64,000 bases of DNA from an uncultured Bacteriovoracaceae bacterium. Its GTDB lineage: Bacteria; Bdellovibrionota; UBA1018. Under the pieces are notes generated by a model that was not told the DNA's origin, ran no database searches, and was given only the letters and a program-made list of their open reading frames with translations. Positions within the stretch are counted from its first letter, which is position 1; each line of letters begins with the position of its first letter. The stretch lies in contig CAYILR010000020.1 in the NCBI GenBank assembly GCA_964364175.1, positions 7,302-71,301 of the forward strand, read 5' to 3'. Of the stretch, positions 57,875 through 64,000 are shown piece by piece. A program made the translations under genes and the position numbers.

Positions 57875-58794
57875 ATGTCCGCATTTTTGAAGTCGGCCCG
57901 CGCGATGGTTTGCAGAACGAGTCCCGGACGGTAGCACTTCAGACCAAGCTGCATTGGATTCAGGGATTGATCAGTGCTGGGTTACGTGATTTGGAAGTGG
58001 GTGCTTTCGTTCGTGGCGACCGTGTTCAGCAGATGGCTGACAGCGAAAAAGTTTTTCAGGCATGGAAGTCGGGCGCGATCAGAACTGGGAAGGCCACCGG
58101 CTGGGCGCTCGTCCCGAATTTGACGGGCCTTGAACACGCTGTTGCTGCGGGTGTTCGTGCGATCGGTGTTTTTACAGCGGCAAGTGACGGATTCAATGAG
58201 CGCAATATAGGAATGTCGATTGAGGACTCGCTTGATGAAATTCAGAAAATTGTCAAAGAAGCTCGTCGTCACAAATTGAAAGTTCGAGGCTATATTTCGA
58301 CGGTATTTGGTTGTCCATTTGATGGCAAGGTTGCACCGAAGCAAGCACTTAAAGTAGCAGAGAAATTGTTTGATTTGGGTGTGCCCGAAATCTCGCTGGC
58401 CGACACCATTGGTGTTGCTGACCCTGGGCTTGTGAAGCGGGTTTTGCAGCCAGCTCTCAAGAGTTGGGGTGCAAAGCGACTGGCAGTTCATTTTCACGAT
58501 ACCCGCGGAACGGCGCTTGCAAACACATTGCGATCGCTTGATCTTGGAATTCGCATTGTGGATAGTTCGGCGGGTGGTCTAGGGGGATGCCCTTTTGCGC
58601 CCGGAGCGACTGGGAATCTCGCCACAGAAGACCTAGTTTACATGCTCAATGGAATGGGTGTGAAAACCGGAGTCAATCTGGATCGGCTTGCTGAGGTGAA
58701 TCTAGAGTTCTGCCGGATGATTCAGCGCCCACTGAGCAGCAGATATTTGCAAGCTTTTGCATCGAGTAGTTTAAATCACAGGAATGGGGCATGA
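57871..58794 (+). CDS. Hydroxymethylglutaryl-CoA lyase
   Basis: The N-terminus is VRIFEVGPRDGLQNE, consistent with the TIM-barrel HMGL family. Confidence 0.85.
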   Translation: MNVRIFEVGPRDGLQNESRTVALQTKLHWIQGLISAGLRDLEVGAFVRGDRVQQMADSEKVFQAWKSGAIRTGKATGWALVPNLTGLEHAVAAGVRAIGVFTAASDGFNERNIGMSIEDSLDEIQKIVKEARRHKLKVRGYISTVFGCPFDGKVAPKQALKVAEKLFDLGVPEISLADTIGVADPGLVKRVLQPALKSWGAKRLAVHFHDTRGTALANTLRSLDLGIRIVDSSAGGLGGCPFAPGATGNLATEDLVYMLNGMGVKTGVNLDRLAEVNLEFCRMIQRPLSSRYLQAFASSSLNHRNGA

Positions 58795-59528
58795 TTCGAT
58801 TTTTGTGGGTGGTTGTGCTGGGTTCGATTTGGGGTTTGATCGTAGCGCTTCTTACGATCGCCTTATCTCCGATTCTCTATCCAATTTACGGCGTCAATAT
58901 GTTCATGGCGCGAGTGGTTTCCTGGGGTTTTATGAAAATCGCAGGAATCCAACTCGAAATTCGCGGCACTGAGAATATTCCGAAAGATCATTTCTGCGTG
59001 GTGACGCTCAATCACCAGAGTTCTTTGGATTTCATTACTTTCGCATCGGTTGCGCCTTTGGGAATGGCGGTGATTGGGAAAAAAGAACTCGCTTATATCC
59101 CGATCATTGGATTGCTTTGGATTCTTGGAAGAAATCTGTCGATTGATCGATCCAATCGCGGTGATTCCATTCATAAATTTAAAACTGCTGCAAAAATCAT
59201 GTCTGAAAAAAAATTACTCGTAGCTGTTTGTCCCGAGGGAACCCGAAACTGGTCGGGAGAAGGATTGCTTCCTTTCAAAAAAGGGGCATTTCATCTGGCA
59301 ATTCAAGCACAAGCACCCGTCACCCCGGCAGTTTGCACGCAGGTCAAACGAGTTTTTGACTTCCGAGGGAAAAAAGTTCCAGGAGGAAAACTCATTGTTG
59401 AGTTTTTGCCACCGATTCCCACAAAGGGGATGGAAGTCTCAAATGCTGATTCGGTTTGTACAGAGACTCGAAGCAAAATGCTTGCAAAACTAGAGCTTCT
59501 TGAAAAAGAAATTCGCATTTCTGCTTAA
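58791..59528 (+). CDS. plsC: 1-acyl-sn-glycerol-3-phosphate acyltransferase
   Basis: The HX4D motif (LNHQSSLD) and the CPEGTRN motif are present. Confidence 0.8.
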   Translation: MIRFLWVVVLGSIWGLIVALLTIALSPILYPIYGVNMFMARVVSWGFMKIAGIQLEIRGTENIPKDHFCVVTLNHQSSLDFITFASVAPLGMAVIGKKELAYIPIIGLLWILGRNLSIDRSNRGDSIHKFKTAAKIMSEKKLLVAVCPEGTRNWSGEGLLPFKKGAFHLAIQAQAPVTPAVCTQVKRVFDFRGKKVPGGKLIVEFLPPIPTKGMEVSNADSVCTETRSKMLAKLELLEKEIRISA

Positions 59529-59596
59529 AATAAAACAAGGCAGTTGCTTTTTTTTTTCCACTGCCATAGGTTCCGGCCTGTATAGGAGGACAGGGG

Positions 59597-60151
59597 ATGA
59601 ACTTATTCAACCGCCGTCAGGGCGTCGTGTATCTATTTTTAACAAGTCTCATGGTGTTGCAGGTCAACCCAGCTTGGGCAACATTAGGCAACGCCTTCAA
59701 ACAGGTCAGTCGGACTCAGTTTCAAATCTGGTTGTTTGATCAGACTGCTGGAAATTTTGAAATCTACAGCATTCAGAACATTCAACTCTTCAATTCTGCG
59801 CGCGATAGCACCAAACCATCTTGCGTGGATGAGCAGGGAAATCTAAAACTTTTTCCCGCGCGCGCCTCTGACTTGGTGTTGAATCCCAAAGACGACTGGG
59901 CACGTTTTGTCATTGAAAGATGGGACCAGGGCAAGTGCAATTACTGGTTTAACTCAGGTAGTTTTCTCCTGACATTGCGATCTAAGGTAGATGGGAGTTT
60001 TCTACAAATCCATGTGACCATTGATCAGTTTTTTCATGCGAAACGTTTTCGCAACCTCATTGATGTACCTGTGAGTGAAGCTTTGAAATCGGGTCGTAGT
60101 AAACTCAAGATCACAGTCGATAGTGTCGAGCCTGTCATTAATTTATTGTGA
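59597..60151 (+). CDS. Secreted hypothetical protein
   Basis: It has a signal peptide. Confidence 0.4.
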   Translation: MNLFNRRQGVVYLFLTSLMVLQVNPAWATLGNAFKQVSRTQFQIWLFDQTAGNFEIYSIQNIQLFNSARDSTKPSCVDEQGNLKLFPARASDLVLNPKDDWARFVIERWDQGKCNYWFNSGSFLLTLRSKVDGSFLQIHVTIDQFFHAKRFRNLIDVPVSEALKSGRSKLKITVDSVEPVINLL

Positions 60152-61077
60152 GGGGTTTTATGAAAAAAGAAATATTGGTTTTGGGTCGAAGTGCAGTTTT
60201 TGTTTTAGGGTTACTGGTTTCCATTTCTGCTTTCGCAGGTGACATTGTGGATGATGTCCGGGAGGAGTGCGGTGTTTACGTTGGACCTTCGCGAGTCAAA
60301 CACCAGTATTGTATTTACACTCCCATCGATCAGCATGGAGATCAGCCCAGGCAGGTTTTATTTCACTTTCCAGGATATCCAGAGACTGTTTTTGCTGGCA
60401 GAAATTTGGTGGGTATCTACTCCTTCTATTTCAAGGCGTCTCAGAGAGTGACACCGTTTTTCGTTACACTTTATTCCGGAAAATTGAACGCATTTTCAGA
60501 TGTGGTTGAAAATGGGACTCAGCTTTCCACACTCGATTCGTTTGTGACGGAGTTTGCTCCTTGGTTGAAGACAAAGCTGCCGATTGTTGGCAATACTTTT
60601 GCGTTTGGATATTCGCTGGGAGGTCAAAATATTCTTCAGCTTCAGTCCAGGTTCCCAGGGATTTTTTCCGGAATCAGCATTTCGTGTCCAGCGCTTTTTA
60701 CGGCGTCACCGTTCCACGGATTGATTGGGGCCTATCGGTATGCCCGGAAAACCAGCGCCAGGGTATGGCCTGTTTATATGTATTTTGTGAAAATCCGAGG
60801 TTATTTCAAAAATTTTAAAATCTGGAGTCGCAATAATATTCTGAGCCATCTGGATCGCTTTGATGTGGGCCGGGAAAAAATGCCTTATATTTATCTTTCG
60901 GCCAATACGCAGGATGAGCTGGGATTTGAAACCGGCAGCGAGATTTTTTACAGAGAGTTGAGAGCAAAAGGGTATCCCATTGAATTTGAAAGAAGGCCGG
61001 GGGGGCATATCAGTTTCAGTTTTGCCAATCAGATCAATTCTTTGATCCAGAATACAAGCTTAGGGATGTTGGAGTAG
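60148..61077 (+). CDS. Alpha/beta hydrolase (esterase-like)
   Basis: It has a signal peptide and a GxSxG nucleophile elbow (GYSLGG). Confidence 0.6.
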   Translation: MRGFMKKEILVLGRSAVFVLGLLVSISAFAGDIVDDVREECGVYVGPSRVKHQYCIYTPIDQHGDQPRQVLFHFPGYPETVFAGRNLVGIYSFYFKASQRVTPFFVTLYSGKLNAFSDVVENGTQLSTLDSFVTEFAPWLKTKLPIVGNTFAFGYSLGGQNILQLQSRFPGIFSGISISCPALFTASPFHGLIGAYRYARKTSARVWPVYMYFVKIRGYFKNFKIWSRNNILSHLDRFDVGREKMPYIYLSANTQDELGFETGSEIFYRELRAKGYPIEFERRPGGHISFSFANQINSLIQNTSLGMLE

Positions 61078-61124
61078 TAGTACGTAGTCAAGAAGTAACG
61101 AGTCTAATTCACTAGGAGGACAAA

Positions 61125-61967
61125 ATGAATAGCAAGAAAATATGGCGATGGTTAAACGTTTTAAGTGTAGTGTCGTTGGCAGCTTATGCGGGTGATGAAG
61201 CCGGTCGAAAAAGCACAGGCCCTGATGGAATGGCTTTGATTCCTGCAGGTGTTTATCTCATGGGTTCGGTGCGCAATGCATCGGATGAATTACCATTTCG
61301 GAGAGTTTTTATCAGTGATTTATTGGTCGATCGATATGAGACCACAAATTTTGAATACAACGAATTTTTGAAGGCAAAATACCCAGCTGAGCCTGAGAAT
61401 ATGGGCCCAGAAAATTTTCCTGTGATGGTCAGTTGGCCCCGAGCTAATGAGTACTGTGCATTTCGTGATAAAAGACTCATGACCGAAGCTGAATGGGAAA
61501 AAGTCGCCAAAGGCGGCGTCAATGCCCGCTATGCCACCTCTACTGGAGAACTCAGCAATGACCTAGCTCGCATCGGAGATCATTATTCAGGACCGACAGC
61601 GGTAGGAAGTTTTCCTCCGAATCCTTATGGTGTTTATGACCTAGTCGGAAATGTCAGCGAGTGGACTGCGGATTGGTATCACAATCGTTCATATACAGAT
61701 TGTTTTGGTGGCACCTGGAACTCGATTGAAGATCGAAAAGTTTGCATGAATCCAGCCGGGTTGACCCTTAAGGACAAACTGATGAAGGAATGGCGCTGGC
61801 CCACTCGCGTTCATCGAGGCATTTATTGGGGTCGAGCTGGGGCAGGGGACGATGCAACAGCGATGGTCTATATGACTTCATACCGTGGAAATTACGTTCC
61901 CGACATTGCAGACCGCAATCCGAAGTACAATATTGTGGGAATTCGCTGCGCCAAACTCGCACACTAA
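61125..61967 (+). CDS. Formylglycine-generating enzyme (SUMF1/FGE-sulfatase) domain protein
   Basis: It carries the FGE-sulfatase motifs RVFISDLLVDRYETTNFEY and GVYDLVGNVSEWTADWY. Confidence 0.8.
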   Translation: MNSKKIWRWLNVLSVVSLAAYAGDEAGRKSTGPDGMALIPAGVYLMGSVRNASDELPFRRVFISDLLVDRYETTNFEYNEFLKAKYPAEPENMGPENFPVMVSWPRANEYCAFRDKRLMTEAEWEKVAKGGVNARYATSTGELSNDLARIGDHYSGPTAVGSFPPNPYGVYDLVGNVSEWTADWYHNRSYTDCFGGTWNSIEDRKVCMNPAGLTLKDKLMKEWRWPTRVHRGIYWGRAGAGDDATAMVYMTSYRGNYVPDIADRNPKYNIVGIRCAKLAH

Positions 61968-61975
61968 AACCTGAT

Positions 61976-63967
61976 TTACCAAACAGAACAGCGATCGGCA
62001 GGCGTCATCGGTGAGCCAGGTTGGCAACCGAACGCCTGCTCGAACGCTGTGAAATTAGATAGCGGCACATTCACTCGATATTTAGGGAGTGAATGGACGT
62101 TCGTCAAAATTTGATTCCGCACAGCTTCAGGACGCATCAAGGTGCACCACGATTGAGCGAACGAGAGGAAAAATTCCTGAATCTGCTCGGGCGTCACCTG
62201 GTTTTGTTGAGACTTCAAATAAGCCAAATATGAAATTCTGATTCCACCATTGTCAGCAATGTTTTCACCTAGAGTTTGATCGCCTCGGAGACGTTCACCT
62301 TCCTCGACAAATTGAGAGTATTGATTCACCAGGCAAGATGCGCGCTGAGTGAAGAGCTGCAGGGTTTGATCGCTCCACCAATTGACCATCGAGCCATCTG
62401 CATTAAACTGACGACCTTGATCATCGAATCCGTGAGTGATCTCGTGCCCAATGACCATTCCAATCGCGCCGTAATTCGAAGCGGCTGTTGCTTCAGCTGA
62501 GAAGAAGGGGGGTTGCAGAATTCCGGCGGGAAATGCAATTTCGTTTAACAAGGGATCATAGTACGCGTTGACCAAGAACGCTGGCATCAACCAACGTCCT
62601 CGATCCACAGGTTTTCGAAATTCCTCGGCATCGTGATTCGATTGGGTGGTTGCCACATGGAGTGCGTTTAATAAATAGGATTCACCGATATCGGATAGAA
62701 GTTCAGTTGGCCATTGGTCTGGATAGCCGATTTTAGGATGAATTCTTTCGAGCTTTCGAGTCGCTTCTGCGCGAGTCGGATCATCCAGCCAATCCGAATG
62801 ATTGATTTTGTCGCGCATTGCGGATTCGAGATTGTGGATCAGTTCAAGAGCTTTTGCTTTTGAGTTTCCAGCAAATTTTCTGTTGATATATTCTTTCTCA
62901 AGATCTGTAGGTAGAGCTTGAGCTGTGCTGTCGACACATGTTTTCCACCGAGGCAGCTGGGCTTTTGCGCCGCTCAAGACTTTGTTGAATTCAAAACTTG
63001 CATCCAACCAGCTCTGCTCCATTTTGCCTGCCGTTTGTACGAGCAGATGCCCTAGTAAATAGGTTTTGATGTTTTCGAGTGGCTCAGTCGTGAGTAGCAG
63101 CCCCATGGATCTAAAAAATTCAGGACCTGTGACAGCGATTTTGTCTTGCGAGTTGAGATCGTAGCCCATTTTTTGAAAGTAAATCGTCCAAGCAAAATCG
63201 GGTGCGTCAGCCTGCAATTTGCTCAGGGTTTGAATTTTCAAATAACGAGCGATGTCCCGCTCCTCTGCCGGGCTTAAGCTGAACTGAGCAATCTGTGTTT
63301 CAATTCGCAGAACGGTGTCAGCGTACGCCTGTGCTTGTGCGCCTGGAATACCTGAGAGTGTGAACAAAGTTTGGAGGTATTGACGAAGAGCTGCACGAAT
63401 CGTTCGATTTTTCTCATGATCCACCAGATAAAAGCTTTTCTCTCGAAGAATAAGGCCGCCCTGTGTGAGATTGAGCTGATTTTTTGTGGCGTCGTTTACA
63501 TCGGTATCCACATATGTTTTATATAAAAATGAATAGCCCATCATTTTTAGGGATCCGACCGTGTCTGCAATTTGATGCTGAGATTTGATTTGCCGAATCG
63601 TAGCCGTGAGACTTGCGAATGTGTCAATGGTTTCAGGTGATGCTTGTGTTGCGTTCAAGCAAGAACGATAAAATTTGGTGAGGCTTTCGGATGGAGATGT
63701 TTCAAGAATGTTTCGAAGAATTTCTTGGTTGGCGGTATAAATAGAATAAAAACTGCGAGACCATTGCGAGCGATCTTCTGGGATCGTATTGCGCTTCAGC
63801 CAATTTCCACAGGAATACTGATAAAAGTCAGAACAGGGATTGATGCTGGGATCAATTGCGGAATAATCAACTAGGGTTGCATCGGCAAATCCCAGCGGAA
63901 TATTCAAATTTAAAAATAAAAACACCATCCATACGTTTGTCGCTCTCATGCCGCGCAGAGTTATCAT
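61976..63967 (-). CDS. M13 family zinc metallopeptidase (PepO/neprilysin-like)
   Basis: It has a signal peptide and the motifs NAYY, HExxH (GHEITHGFD) and ENIADNGG. Confidence 0.85.
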   Translation of the reverse strand: MITLRGMRATNVWMVFLFLNLNIPLGFADATLVDYSAIDPSINPCSDFYQYSCGNWLKRNTIPEDRSQWSRSFYSIYTANQEILRNILETSPSESLTKFYRSCLNATQASPETIDTFASLTATIRQIKSQHQIADTVGSLKMMGYSFLYKTYVDTDVNDATKNQLNLTQGGLILREKSFYLVDHEKNRTIRAALRQYLQTLFTLSGIPGAQAQAYADTVLRIETQIAQFSLSPAEERDIARYLKIQTLSKLQADAPDFAWTIYFQKMGYDLNSQDKIAVTGPEFFRSMGLLLTTEPLENIKTYLLGHLLVQTAGKMEQSWLDASFEFNKVLSGAKAQLPRWKTCVDSTAQALPTDLEKEYINRKFAGNSKAKALELIHNLESAMRDKINHSDWLDDPTRAEATRKLERIHPKIGYPDQWPTELLSDIGESYLLNALHVATTQSNHDAEEFRKPVDRGRWLMPAFLVNAYYDPLLNEIAFPAGILQPPFFSAEATAASNYGAIGMVIGHEITHGFDDQGRQFNADGSMVNWWSDQTLQLFTQRASCLVNQYSQFVEEGERLRGDQTLGENIADNGGIRISYLAYLKSQQNQVTPEQIQEFFLSFAQSWCTLMRPEAVRNQILTNVHSLPKYRVNVPLSNFTAFEQAFGCQPGSPMTPADRCSVW

Positions 63968-64000
63968 AAGAGATATTTAAAAGATAGAGTCGTTGAGGTA

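Noticed and set aside
59539-59565. Hairpin GGCAGT...T10...ACTGCC after plsC as a terminator
   Set aside because: The T-run lies inside the loop rather than after the stem, so it is not a canonical intrinsic terminator. It may simply be a T10 homopolymer.

Overview
A 64 kb chromosomal window, probably from a Bdellovibrio-like predatory bacterium (GC about 48%, dense sigma-54 and FHA signalling genes, many small secreted proteins), with about 70 coding genes. I see no tRNA, rRNA or CRISPR, and no transposase or integrase. The centrepiece is a Tad/Flp type IVb pilus locus (24.4-33.9 kb) encoding three Flp-like prepilins, prepilin peptidase CpaA, two TadE-like pseudopilins, CpaB, the CpaC secretin, a single 720-aa polypeptide fusing a MinD/ParA-like CpaE domain to the CpaF/TadA secretion ATPase, TadB, and a translationally coupled YD-repeat secreted protein. 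TadC sits 7 kb upstream at the head of a tightly coupled operon: tadC, DUF192, three FHA proteins (four FHA domains in total) and a PP2C Ser/Thr phosphatase. No Hanks kinase is visible in the window. An HD-GYP protein and a sigma-54 two-component system lie just downstream. My best candidate for an undescribed system is this FHA/PP2C phospho-threonine module coupled to the Tad pilus. Other notable features are (i) a bicistronic cassette of two overlapping small genes (about 97 aa plus 153 aa, histidine-rich C-terminus) present as two diverged paralogous copies, each with a conserved 170-bp leader that begins with the palindrome CATCAGCCGGCTGATG (perfect 16 bp in copy A, 15 bp in copy B), plus a deletion-riddled third remnant; (ii) a 961-aa secreted beta-propeller protein whose eight blades are encoded by near-identical 120-bp DNA tandem repeats; (iii) two decaying copies of a DUF222/HNH endonuclease gene; (iv) an unusual 475-bp dyad-symmetric intergenic region; and (v) a G10 homopolymer abutting a gene start. 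Housekeeping content includes a GST-like gene, a TerC family gene, a sigma-54 activator with a GAF domain, an orphan Dpp-like ABC permease pair, rsmD-coaD, an aminotransferase, a leucine-catabolism cluster (mccB, then liuC, a split mccA as biotin carboxylase plus BCCP, and HMG-CoA lyase), plsC, an alpha/beta hydrolase, an FGE-sulfatase domain protein and an M13 metallopeptidase.
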